64,000 nucleotides of DNA from Phormidesmis sp. Lineage in GTDB: Bacteria; Cyanobacteriota; Cyanobacteriia; Leptolyngbyales; Leptolyngbyaceae. The notes under the pieces were generated by a model, which saw only the letters and a program-made list of their open reading frames with translations, was not told the origin of the DNA and did no database searches. How positions within the stretch are numbered: the first letter of the stretch is position 1; the number at the start of each line of letters is the position of its first letter. The position numbers were made by a program, and so were the translations under genes. The stretch is from NCBI GenBank assembly GCA_965248535.1, contig CBDFJR010000002.1, forward strand, positions 1,152,001 to 1,216,000, read 5' to 3'. Below are positions 50,805 to 60,900 of this stretch, in pieces.

Positions 50805-51245
50805 GTGATCAAACCCCTGCTTCCCTGCTTGATAGTTGGCGCACTGCTAGCCTACATCCCCGCTGCGTCTGCCGTTGAATGGACTAAGATTGCCGAAAAC
50901 TCTGTCAAAGACAAGTTTTTTGTGGATGAAAGCTCGATTCAGCGCAATGGCGCGATCGTGTGGTATTGGGAATATCGCGAATTTCCCCAGGCAAACAATG
51001 CCTTTTTAGACACCAACGTCGAGCAGCCCGTTCATGGAGCCGTGATTCGCTGGTCAGTAGACTGCACGACCAAGGCCCAGCGCTTAAGAAAAGTCAACGC
51101 CTACACCACCAACAGAAAGCTGATCCAAAAATTTGAGTATGGCGATAGCGGCATGTTATCGCAGCCAAAACCCGGCAGCAGCGCCTATGCGATCGTCGAT
51201 TATGTCTGCACTCCCAAAGATTCTGAAAAGCCCGCACCCAAATAA
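50805..51245 (+). CDS. Exported surface-adhesin E-like protein
   Basis: Signal peptide (ASA), W..I....FVDESSI, DC...C pair. Confidence 0.6.
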   Translation: MIKPLLPCLIVGALLAYIPAASAVEWTKIAENSVKDKFFVDESSIQRNGAIVWYWEYREFPQANNAFLDTNVEQPVHGAVIRWSVDCTTKAQRLRKVNAYTTNRKLIQKFEYGDSGMLSQPKPGSSAYAIVDYVCTPKDSEKPAPK

Positions 51246-51271
51246 CCCGATCGCCAGAAATCTACCTTTGC

Positions 51272-51868
51272 TCATCGCGGCTTTGAGTAGCGCAACTCAG
51301 CCAGCAACGGGATCAATTCTGTTGGGGTTAAATCTCGCCACTGGCCCGGTTGCAGCCCAGCTAAACCGAGGTGAGAAATCGCCACCCTCACCAGTCGCAG
51401 GGTCGGAAACCCGATCGCGGCAGTCATGCGTCTGATTTGGCGGTTGTGACCCTCTGTGAGAACGATCTCTAGCCAGCAGGTCGGAATCGCCTTCCGAACC
51501 CGAATCGGCGGATCACGGGGCGGCAAATCAGGTTCCTGACCCAGCAACGAAACCGCAGCCGGACGAGTGCGATAGGTCTGAATCTGAATGCCTCGGCGCA
51601 ACGGCTCTAGGTCTGTCTCGCCCGGAATGCCCTCCACCTGCACCCAGTAGGTTCGAGGGTGCTGAAACTTAGGATCACTCAACCGATGCTGGAGCGCGCC
51701 GTGATTGGTCAGCAGCATCAGCCCCTCACTGTCGTGATCGAGCCGACCCACGGGATAAACCAGTGGCACGAGAACATAGTCTTTTAGCGTTTGTCGCCGC
51801 GACTGACTGGGGTCAGTAAACTGGCTGAGAACGTCAAAGGGCTTATAGAAGAGTAGATAGCGATACAT
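51272..51868 (-). CDS. rluE: rRNA pseudouridine synthase (RluE-like, no S4)
   Basis: [39 protein letters not shown]. Confidence 0.85.
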   Translation of the reverse strand: MYRYLLFYKPFDVLSQFTDPSQSRRQTLKDYVLVPLVYPVGRLDHDSEGLMLLTNHGALQHRLSDPKFQHPRTYWVQVEGIPGETDLEPLRRGIQIQTYRTRPAAVSLLGQEPDLPPRDPPIRVRKAIPTCWLEIVLTEGHNRQIRRMTAAIGFPTLRLVRVAISHLGLAGLQPGQWRDLTPTELIPLLAELRYSKPR

Positions 51869-52005
51869 AGATCACGCTGGCGGCAGTCTTAGATCAATTT
51901 TGACGCGGAGCCGAAATGCCAACCCGATCGCTCCCCTAGGAGCAGACTGGAGCCGAGCGATCGCACAACTCACGTGGGAAGTTTGGCAACCAGCAGAAAA
52001 TAGGT

Positions 52006-52052
52006 TGATGCCGCAGAGTCGGGTCAGAGAGTGTGGCCCGATCGCGGCATCA
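52006..52052 (-). terminator. Strong hairpin immediately downstream of the adhesin operon
   Basis: TGATGCCGC...TCGGGTCA-loop-TGGCCCGA...GCGGCATCA, 13 nt after the stop at 52066. Confidence 0.5.
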
Positions 52053-52065
52053 TTCTAGATCCCCA

Positions 52066-55000
52066 CTAATTGATTCTGACGCGGAAGCGCACAAAACCAA
52101 AGTTGCTGCCCGGCGTATTGGGAAGGTCTCCCAGCCCAAAAATCACAGACCCATTAGGATTCGTCTGATCTGGGCAGGCGTTTCCGGCAGGGAGAGGCGC
52201 TAAGGGCGAGAACACCGTGCCTCCTGATACGGGGGCAGTGGCGTTTTGCTGAATCTGCACCGTGTTGCCAATCAAAGTGGTGCCCGTCGGAATCTGGTCG
52301 CAGAGGTTTGTGGCAAAGGCAGGAGTCGCCCCATCGGACAGGAAGTAGACCGTGTAGGTCACCTCGTCTCCGGTGCGAATTTGGGAGCCGCCCGCGACTC
52401 TAATTTGCCCTTGAAGCGGAATTTGTGACCAACCAGGGGCGTTGTCGTTCAGCGTTGAAGGGTCATCTTGAATGGCATTAAAGTCAAACCCCGAAACGGT
52501 CGCACCGCCGCGAGTCACGTTGGTAATTCGCTTCACCAGCCGCAGCCCTTGACCGCCGATCCTCAAGCCAAAGTTCGCCGTCAAGATCGATTGCCGTGCG
52601 CCTAGCGTTACTGGCAGGGTGACGGGCGTAGTTGCATTGGCCCCTCCCGGTGGGGTAACCGTCACGGTGTAATTTCCAGGGGGCACATTGAGGAAGCTGT
52701 AGTTACCATTGGCATCCGTGATGGTGGTTCCGACAACGACTCCGGCCGCGTTTCTCAACGTCACGGTTGCCCCCCCAATGCCAGGATCACCTGGGTCAGC
52801 AATCCCATTGCCGTTGAGGTCATTGAAGACCAAAGTCCCGATCGTGCCAGGAGCTATTTGCAGACCAAAGGATCGGTTGATCGATCCGCCTGGGGGCGCT
52901 TGGGCCGCCGGAATTCCCTGGGGGTTGGACGTGGTGGTCGTAAACCCTGCGGGAGGGGTGACCACGATGGCGTACGTGATGCCGGGAGGCACGTTGGTGA
53001 ACAGGAAGTTACCTGCTGCATTCGTGGTCGTCGTCGCGATGGTGTTTCCGGCGGGATCGCGGAGCGAGACGGTGACATTTGGAATGCCCGGTTTTCCGGT
53101 TGGGTCGCCGTTCCCTACGTCATCTCGGAAAACAAGCGTGCCGATCGTGATCGGCGGTTGTCTGACTCCAAAGTCTACGGTGTCCAGGTTGGCCCCTGCC
53201 GGAAACGCCACGGTTTGACTCAGGCTCGGTGCCCCCGTCGGAGTGGTCGGCGAGAAGCCAGCCGCGAGGTTGCTAATCGTCACCGTGTATCCCGCAGGGT
53301 TGGCCGCAAGCAGCCCCGTGAAGCTATAGGTTCCCGTCGCGCTGGTGGTAGTAGTGCGGTTAACGGGATTGCCGCCACTGTCTGTGCCTGTTAGGGTGAC
53401 AGTGACTCCTGCTAGACCGGGTTCTAAGCCGTTTTGCAGGCCGTTGCCGTCAAAGTCGTTAAAGACCCGATCGCCCAAGGTTCCCGTTTGAGCAAACACC
53501 CCAAAATCTGCGGTGTCGATGGTTTGTCCAGAGCCGAGAGTGACTGCAATGGGCGTGGGCGTAGTGATTGTAGACCCAACGGGGGCAGCGGCGGTGATGG
53601 TGTAGCTACCAGGCGTGACATTGGTGAACTGGTAGTTCCCGGCGGCATTGGTGGTCGTGGTGGCGACGACGGCTCCGGCCTGGTTCCGCAGGGTCAGCGT
53701 GATTCCGGCCGCTCCCGTCGTTTCACCGGGATCTTGAACGCCGTTATTGTTGACATCGTTGAAGACAAAATCTCCGATCGTGCCAGGAAGTTGCCTAAAC
53801 CCAAAGTCAGCGGTCGGCACATTTTGACCGGGATTTAAGGTGGCGATCGTCTGCACCAAGGGGGTCGTATTTGAGAACCCAGCAGGCGGCGTGACGGTGA
53901 CCGTATAGTTGTTGCCCGGTGGCACATTGGTGAACTGGTAGTTGCCATTGGCATCGGTTACCAGCGTTCCCACAACGGCTCCGGCTGAGTCTCTTAGGGT
54001 CACGGTGGCTCCAGCGATGCCGACTTCTCCGGGATCTTGGGTGCCATTGCCGTTGAGATCGTTGAACACTGTGTCCCCGATCGCGCCAGGACTCTGCCGA
54101 ATCCCAAAATCGACCGTCTGGATGCTCTGCCCCGCAGTCAGCGTCACCGTTTGGGGATTGGGGTTAGTGGCAATAAAGCCCAGCGGCGGCGTGGCTGTCA
54201 CCGTGTAGGTTCCCGGCGAGAGCGTGGCAAACTGGTAGTTCCCAGAAGCATTCGTGACCACGGTTTGGTTGACCGGGGTGTTGTTGGTGTCTCGACCCGA
54301 AAGCGTTAGAGTCACCCCTGCAACTCCGGTTTCACCCGCCTCTTGGGTGCCGTTGCCGTTCGGATCGTTGAACACCGTATCCCCGATCGTGCCCGACCCT
54401 AGGGCGATGGTGGTAGTTTTGGTCACAATCTGCGGCGTGGGTGCTGGAGAACCAGACTGTCGCCGAATATTAGTATCTAGAAAAGAAGTTGCATTAATTT
54501 GCGTCACATCTTGGGGCGGCACTCCTGCATTGGGGGTCACCCGCAAAATAAAGCTGCCCGTCTGCCCGGCTGCCAGAACTCCGGTGTCGGGTATGCCGTT
54601 GCCATCCGTGTCAGGTAGAGGGTTGCCGGCAGCAGTGAGCAAAACTGCGGTGTAGTTGCCGTTTGTGCCTGTGAGCGAGAGATTGATCAGATCGGTGGTA
54701 AAAAAGTTGTTGGTGACGGTAAAGGGATGATCGACCGCCGTGCCAACCTCGGTTGCCCGCGTTGTATCGGGGGTAATCGTGAAGTTTCCGGCTCTGGTGG
54801 GCTGACGATCAAACAAAGGAATGGGATTTCCCGGTGCGGTGCCGAGGTTGGCTTGCAGCAGCGCTTGGTTGTTGGGGGTGTAGTTACTCAGCGTTATTGT
54901 CCAGATCCCGGCATTCGCCAGACCGTTGACGGGGACGATATCACCCCCATTGTTGAGATCGCCCCGGTTGTTCCAAATCGCGTTGTCTGAGCCAGTTCCC

Positions 55001-55782
55001 GCGATGACAGCCCCCGTTGGACTGGTGTAGGAGACAGTTCCGCTGTTGTCCAAATCGAAGTTGCGAAGAAACAGATTGGTAGTGCCCGGAGGAACTAGCG
55101 CATAAAACGGAACGGTGAGGTTTCCCCCAGTGTCTTGCTGAAAGGTGCCCAAAAGTTGCCCAATCAGCAGGTTAGACACCCCTGAAATCGAGATTTGGAA
55201 CCCGTTATCGTCGTCGTTGAGGCTAGGAGTCGTGTCGCCCGAAATTGGGCCTGCGCCTGTTTCACTCGTGATGATATAAACCCCAGGCGCAGTGATTGCC
55301 GGAAAGGTGATATCTGACGAAACCCCGATCGTGGTGGAAGCAGGAGGGGTTTGACTGCTAATCACCGCTCCGGTTGGGCCGAGAAGCTGAAAGCGGGTTG
55401 GGTCAGGGTTAGCGCCTCCAGCGCCGATTAGGTTGGCGTTGTTGTCCACCTCATCTCGCGGCCCATTGCTGCCAGCATCGATGATCGAGATGATGACGCT
55501 GCCGCCAGCACTGGTGATATCTGCTTGGGTAAGGTTGATGAAAAATTGGTGGCGTTGATAGCCCCCAGCTTTGCCCGGCTGATTGGTGGTGTACCAGTCT
55601 CCCACTCCTGCATTGCGAGCGGGCCCACTGGTCTGAAAGTTGAGTCCTGGAACGGATGGAAGAATGGTTTGAGCTTTAACCGGGCTAGGAGGGCACAGCA
55701 AGATTGCCAGGGTGCTGCCAGCCAGTAGGCACCAGAGTTTAGAGAAACGGCTGGTTAAATTTGTAGAAGCAGATGTTCGCAC
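52066..55782 (-). CDS. Large exported adhesin: unknown N-domain, Ig-like domain, six SdrD B-like repeats, C-terminal truncated DUF11 domain
   Basis: Signal peptide (VKA-Q); six GxIG.xVFND.xGNG...T.T.A.GNY.F...FG repeats; LVKRIT...GDEVTYTVYF...CDQIP...GFVRFRVRIN end. Confidence 0.85.
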   Translation of the reverse strand: MRTSASTNLTSRFSKLWCLLAGSTLAILLCPPSPVKAQTILPSVPGLNFQTSGPARNAGVGDWYTTNQPGKAGGYQRHQFFINLTQADITSAGGSVIISIIDAGSNGPRDEVDNNANLIGAGGANPDPTRFQLLGPTGAVISSQTPPASTTIGVSSDITFPAITAPGVYIITSETGAGPISGDTTPSLNDDDNGFQISISGVSNLLIGQLLGTFQQDTGGNLTVPFYALVPPGTTNLFLRNFDLDNSGTVSYTSPTGAVIAGTGSDNAIWNNRGDLNNGGDIVPVNGLANAGIWTITLSNYTPNNQALLQANLGTAPGNPIPLFDRQPTRAGNFTITPDTTRATEVGTAVDHPFTVTNNFFTTDLINLSLTGTNGNYTAVLLTAAGNPLPDTDGNGIPDTGVLAAGQTGSFILRVTPNAGVPPQDVTQINATSFLDTNIRRQSGSPAPTPQIVTKTTTIALGSGTIGDTVFNDPNGNGTQEAGETGVAGVTLTLSGRDTNNTPVNQTVVTNASGNYQFATLSPGTYTVTATPPLGFIATNPNPQTVTLTAGQSIQTVDFGIRQSPGAIGDTVFNDLNGNGTQDPGEVGIAGATVTLRDSAGAVVGTLVTDANGNYQFTNVPPGNNYTVTVTPPAGFSNTTPLVQTIATLNPGQNVPTADFGFRQLPGTIGDFVFNDVNNNGVQDPGETTGAAGITLTLRNQAGAVVATTTTNAAGNYQFTNVTPGSYTITAAAPVGSTITTPTPIAVTLGSGQTIDTADFGVFAQTGTLGDRVFNDFDGNGLQNGLEPGLAGVTVTLTGTDSGGNPVNRTTTTSATGTYSFTGLLAANPAGYTVTISNLAAGFSPTTPTGAPSLSQTVAFPAGANLDTVDFGVRQPPITIGTLVFRDDVGNGDPTGKPGIPNVTVSLRDPAGNTIATTTTNAAGNFLFTNVPPGITYAIVVTPPAGFTTTTSNPQGIPAAQAPPGGSINRSFGLQIAPGTIGTLVFNDLNGNGIADPGDPGIGGATVTLRNAAGVVVGTTITDANGNYSFLNVPPGNYTVTVTPPGGANATTPVTLPVTLGARQSILTANFGLRIGGQGLRLVKRITNVTRGGATVSGFDFNAIQDDPSTLNDNAPGWSQIPLQGQIRVAGGSQIRTGDEVTYTVYFLSDGATPAFATNLCDQIPTGTTLIGNTVQIQQNATAPVSGGTVFSPLAPLPAGNACPDQTNPNGSVIFGLGDLPNTPGSNFGFVRFRVRIN

Positions 55783-57905
55783 TATCTCATACCTCCTGCG
55801 GGTTCTAGTTGCAGGTCTTCTTCTTGGACGGTCACTTCAATGTTTCTGGCATCTTTGTAGATCAGTTCGACGCGCCGATCGCGGGCAAAATCTAAGCGGG
55901 TGTCTCCCTCAGAGATGAGTTGCCGTTCTCCAAACGATCGGAGGGTCATGCGAGATGGATCAACGCCTTTGCGGATTAAGTAGTTGCGGGCTGAGATAGC
56001 CCGTCGCTTGCCTAAATCGAGGTTGTAGGCATCACTGGCGCGGGGATCGGTGTGTCCTTGAAGTTCCACAATAATGTTGGGGTTTTCTAACAGGACTTGA
56101 GCAATGCGATCGAGCACTTTGGCACTGGTGGGGCTGATGAAGTCTTTATCCAGCGCAAAGTGGACGTTTTTGGGCGTTTTGAGCACGATTGGGGTGGTCG
56201 GCGGCACCTCTGGAACAGGAGGCGCTTGGGCGATCGGCGGATTCGTGCAGCGTGGAACCGTGAGTAACGGAATTCTGCTGGAGGAGGTTGCTGAACTGTC
56301 TGCCGTTCTGACTAGGGCATTGATCGCGGGTTCTGAGGTGCCATAGGTTGGATCGGTGGCGATCGCGCTAACCCGTTCTCCTGACTTCAGGGCAGTTGCC
56401 ATAAAGGTGAACTGTCCCTGACTATCGACCGGAATTGATCCAATCGGGTCACCTAATGGGCCGGCCGAGTCTTCACCACTGACGCGATAGATCTGAACCT
56501 GGGAGCCGGGATCAGCTTTCCCCGTCAGTTGAGCCTGATTGCCCGACAGCATGAACTCTCTAGACGCAAATTCGGGGGCGTTGATTGCCGCGTTGGCCGT
56601 GTCTTTGCGACGGTTGGGCGAGTTGCGTTTGGGATTAATGCCATCGCCGCGCTGATAGTCGTGGACGCTGACATTATCTTGCGTGACTAAATCGATGCTG
56701 AGTCCTTCAAGTCTTGAGAAGCGGTTGCTTTCAATCACATTGCGACTGCTGCGCGGAAAGGACGCGACAACTACGCCGGGGCCGGCTTGGTTAGCGATCG
56801 TGTTGCCTGTCACCTGATGGTCATTGCCCATCAAATAAATGGCAGCGCGTCGATAGCGCCGACCGTTGTAGGTGATCTGGTTATCGCGAATCTGCGCTGC
56901 GCCTTCAGGCTTAAACAGGTAAACCCCTGCGCCATCGTTGCCGCAAATTAGGTTTCCGGTGACTTGGGCTTTGTCGATGTTGCCCTCAAGCCGAATCCCG
57001 TCTGGCATTCCGGCGATGCCGTTGCCGACGATCGCATTCTCACTCACGATTAAGTTATCTGCCCGCACCGAGGTAATCACCGCGCTGCCATCGTGATTGG
57101 CGATCCAGTTACGGCGAATGGTGGTGCCTGTGCTGTTAAACACCGACACGCCAAAGGCTGAAGTAGTTGGCGGAACACTCTGATCAGGACGAATGCCCAA
57201 CCAATTGTTCTCAATCAGAACATTTTTAGGTGGCACGTCATCGGGATAGAAGGCCGAGAAATTGGCTGGGGTTTTTTGCTTGCTGACATCAGGCGGGGGG
57301 AGCCGATGGGCGATGAAAATGTCCGCCGGGGGCGTTCTCTCGGTGTCGTCGTGGTTGTCTGTGAAGCCATAAATGCTTAAGCCGCGAATTGTGACGTGAT
57401 CAGCCACAACCGACAAACCACGCGGCACAAACGCGCCTTGACTAACTGTGAGTTCGACGATCGGGGCCGCTAGGGGCAACTCGGCGATCGCCGGAGTGTT
57501 GGCGGCATAGCCCATCTGCGTCGTACCGTCGATCACCACTGGAACAGCCAGATCGGGCAGCAGCTTAGACACTCGAATCACCGTTTGCCCGATCGGTAGC
57601 TGAAAGGTGATTTCTGAGGTCGCTCCCGGTGCCGTCGAGACTTGAGATTTTTCTGCCGCGCTGAGCCGATCGGGGGATAAAGTGCCGTTGACTAGCTCGA
57701 TCGCTTCTCGTAGGGTTAGCCCACCATCAGCCTGAACGCTGTCTTGATCACTATTGACCACCACTCGCAGCCGTGGTAGGGGGGTGCCTTGGGCTAGGAT
57801 CGGCGCTGTCGGCAGCCCTCCCATTAGGGTTAACAACAGCAGGGCAAGGAGTCTTGGTTTACCCATCACCCTGGTCTCTTTTTTCTGTCTTCGATTGCTT
57901 ATCAT
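55782..57905 (-). CDS. CSLREA-like motif, right-handed beta-helix, Ig-like and OmpA C-terminal domain protein
   Basis: VVNSDQD...LTLREAI; I..N.I parallel beta-helix repeats; VHFALDK, GHTD, YNLDLGKRRA, RRVE. Confidence 0.85.
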   Translation of the reverse strand: MISNRRQKKETRVMGKPRLLALLLLTLMGGLPTAPILAQGTPLPRLRVVVNSDQDSVQADGGLTLREAIELVNGTLSPDRLSAAEKSQVSTAPGATSEITFQLPIGQTVIRVSKLLPDLAVPVVIDGTTQMGYAANTPAIAELPLAAPIVELTVSQGAFVPRGLSVVADHVTIRGLSIYGFTDNHDDTERTPPADIFIAHRLPPPDVSKQKTPANFSAFYPDDVPPKNVLIENNWLGIRPDQSVPPTTSAFGVSVFNSTGTTIRRNWIANHDGSAVITSVRADNLIVSENAIVGNGIAGMPDGIRLEGNIDKAQVTGNLICGNDGAGVYLFKPEGAAQIRDNQITYNGRRYRRAAIYLMGNDHQVTGNTIANQAGPGVVVASFPRSSRNVIESNRFSRLEGLSIDLVTQDNVSVHDYQRGDGINPKRNSPNRRKDTANAAINAPEFASREFMLSGNQAQLTGKADPGSQVQIYRVSGEDSAGPLGDPIGSIPVDSQGQFTFMATALKSGERVSAIATDPTYGTSEPAINALVRTADSSATSSSRIPLLTVPRCTNPPIAQAPPVPEVPPTTPIVLKTPKNVHFALDKDFISPTSAKVLDRIAQVLLENPNIIVELQGHTDPRASDAYNLDLGKRRAISARNYLIRKGVDPSRMTLRSFGERQLISEGDTRLDFARDRRVELIYKDARNIEVTVQEEDLQLEPAGGMR

Positions 57906-60900
57906 TGTCCTTCTCCCACAACCACGTTTGCAGTCGGCGTTTGTCCAGCAGGTAATTGCGATTGCGTTGAAAAAGGCTGAAACACAGACGTTGGTGGCTG
58001 CGTTGCTGAGGATTGAGTTCCTGGCGTTGGTGACTGTGTTGTCGGTGGCGCTGCTGCGGTTGGTTTAATCTGTGACTCCTGCTGCTGCGGCGGCGCAACT
58101 TTTTGCAAGCCAAACCCATTAAAGAGTTCGTTCACCTTAAAGGAGAGAGTGGCGTAGAAGCCCCCCTGCGATCGGCTGCCGTTGAAGTCGCGATCGTTGT
58201 TGATGTTTCCAAAGCTATAGCCGCCTGCAACCCTCAAGTTAGGCGTGAGATAATAGCCCGCTTCGAGCAAAAATCCGACTTCGTTAAAGCCCGTGATGGA
58301 CTGGCCGATCCACCGCACTTCGCCGCCCAAATCCCAGTTATAGCCCAGTCGATAGGTGGCGCGTAGCTGAGTTAACGAGATGAAGTTGGTGCCGACGAGA
58401 TCCCGTGCTGAAAAGGATTGTGTGTTGCGTAGGGCGTATTTGCCAAAGAACTCCCATCGGAAGTTGGGGGCATAAATCGCTTCTAAAGAGGCGAGATGCA
58501 CTTTTGAGCCAGTGCCACTGCCAAACAACAGCGTCGTCGGAGTCACCCCAGGGTTTTGCCGATATTCATAGCGAAACAGCATATTGAACTTATCGCTGTT
58601 GGGGTCGCGATAGGCCAAGCCGACCTTGATGTTAGAGGTGTCGCCCAAGCCCGTCAGCAATTGGTTAGAGGCGTTGGCTTGCTGGAAGCGCACCAAGGCA
58701 GTGATGGCTGGAGAGATTTTTCCGGCTGCTCCGGCTGACCAAACCGTGTTGTTGCCGATATCAGAGTTGCGACGCTCAAACCGCGCACTGGCCTTAAAGT
58801 CCGGGTTGTCGGTGTAATCAACTCCGACGCTGTAGCTGTCGCCAGAGTTGACCCCCAGCGAGGCAGAACTTTGCCCGACCGCGTAGGGTTGAGCAAACTG
58901 CTGACCTGCGGCGGTGTAGGCGAAGATGTCTCCAAAAATGCGCTCATAGCCGAGGTTAATTCTCAAGCCGGGAGACAGCACAATGCGGTGATTTAGCCCG
59001 ATCGCGCCCTGCCCTGTCACGCCACCATTCACCCCAGACAGCACGGCATAGCGCCCGGTGAGGGAGGTGTCATCGCTCAACCGCTGATCGACGAGGGTTT
59101 CTAAACTGGTGATCGAGTTGCTAGACGACTGCCCGCCAGAGAGAAACTGCTGCGCCAGTCGCATCGTCACGCCGGGATAGACCTTCCAGTCCAGTCCCAG
59201 GGTGGTGCGATCGGGATAGAGCGAATCATTAGTGCCCAAACTAAGTTCGTTTTGAGCACGGAAGGTGAGGCGATCGTTAAACGGCACCGATAGCCGCGAA
59301 ACCAGTTGGTTGCTGTCGTCGTTGAGATTGTTGGTAACGCGATCTTCGCGGCTGCGGTTGACCCAATCTAAACTGGCGGTGACGATGCCAAATTTTTGCT
59401 CAACGCCCGCGCTGATGGTGGTCAAGCTGTTGTCAACACGACCCGCCCGCAGCGGCTCCTGTCCGCACTGTGACAAACCGGGAGTTGTGCAAAAAACATT
59501 GCTGCTCAGGTCGAATAAATCGACTAACCCGATCGTGGCCGTCGAGGCAAATCCGAAATTTATTTCCCGATCGACCTGGGCCCGAACCTGAGTGTTTTCT
59601 CCTACCTTGGCTGCGACGTTTGCGCCATAGCGGGTTTGCCCCGGCGTAAAGCTAAAGGTGGCATTGTTAGAGAAATTTTCATCTGTCGAGCGATAATAGG
59701 CGCGAGTCAACAAGCCCGGAGTCAGCGTGGCTTTGGCCTCAATTCGATAAGCCGAACCCGACACCTTATCTGAGAAGGGATTGGCATTGTTCGATCGGGC
59801 ATATTCCGCCACAATCTGCCCATCTTTGCCAAACGAGAACAGCGCATCGGCTCCAAAAAGCTCAAAGTCTTGGCTGCCCCGGTCTTCGCGCAGATAGCTC
59901 AACCCTGCCCAGCTTTCTCGCTTGGTTTCGCGAGAGAAGTTATATTGCAGTCGCCCTGCATAAAGATTAGTGCCGCCCGTGCCTGCGCCGTCATATTCAT
60001 AAGTGACGACGATGCGTCGCACCAGCACCCGCCCAAACAGGTCAAACTCAGTCGCCTGCACGGGTCGGCGGAAAATAATCGTGCCCCGATCGTAGTCAAT
60101 CTCATAGTCCTGACCGCGATAAGCAGCCACCCGCTCTACCACGCTACCCGGACGGTTGATTTCCTCCGTCTCGATAAACACGTTTTCACTGCCGCCAATC
60201 ACCAAGCGCCGCGACAAGAAATAGTAGCCACTCGTGCCGTTAGCGGCGATCGTGTCGCGCTGAAACCCGTCCAAATTGTTGCCGTAAGCGGCCGTCGCTT
60301 GCAGATTGCCAAAGTTGTAATTGGCTTTGAAGCCGTGCAGTTGGCGAGTCGTGGCGGTGAAATATTGCGACGCGGTGGCAAACTCTTCGGTGCGATAGTC
60401 GCCCCACATGGCGTAGTTGTGTCCGCCTGAGGGGGAAGTCTGCTCAAGTTTGAGATAGACACTATCGATCGAAGGCGTTAGATAATCAACCGTTGAGCTA
60501 TCGCCATAGGTCGGATAGCTCTGATCGCAGAACTGAAGATCTCGAAACAGCCGCGTCGTGCCGTCGCAAGTCTCATTTAAGGGCCGCTGGTTGTTAAACG
60601 CCCCCGTCAACAGCCAGTTGCCCACTTTGCCCGTGGCAAAAAGAGAGGTGCTGACATCAAAACGAGCACCGCCTACGCCTTCGGGCAAGAAGTCTCGGTA
60701 GCGGCTATAGAAATCCGTTCCGCCTGCGCCGATGCGAAGGTTGATCGCCCCGGAGACCAGCGACGGCCGCAGATTGGTGATGAATTCAACGTCGGTGTAA
60801 GCTTCTAGATAGTCAGAATCCGGTTGCCCTGGCAGCGTTGTCGGAAACGCGAAGGGAGGCTCTGTCAGCTTCAGATCTTTTTTCGGCTCGTCGATCGCTG

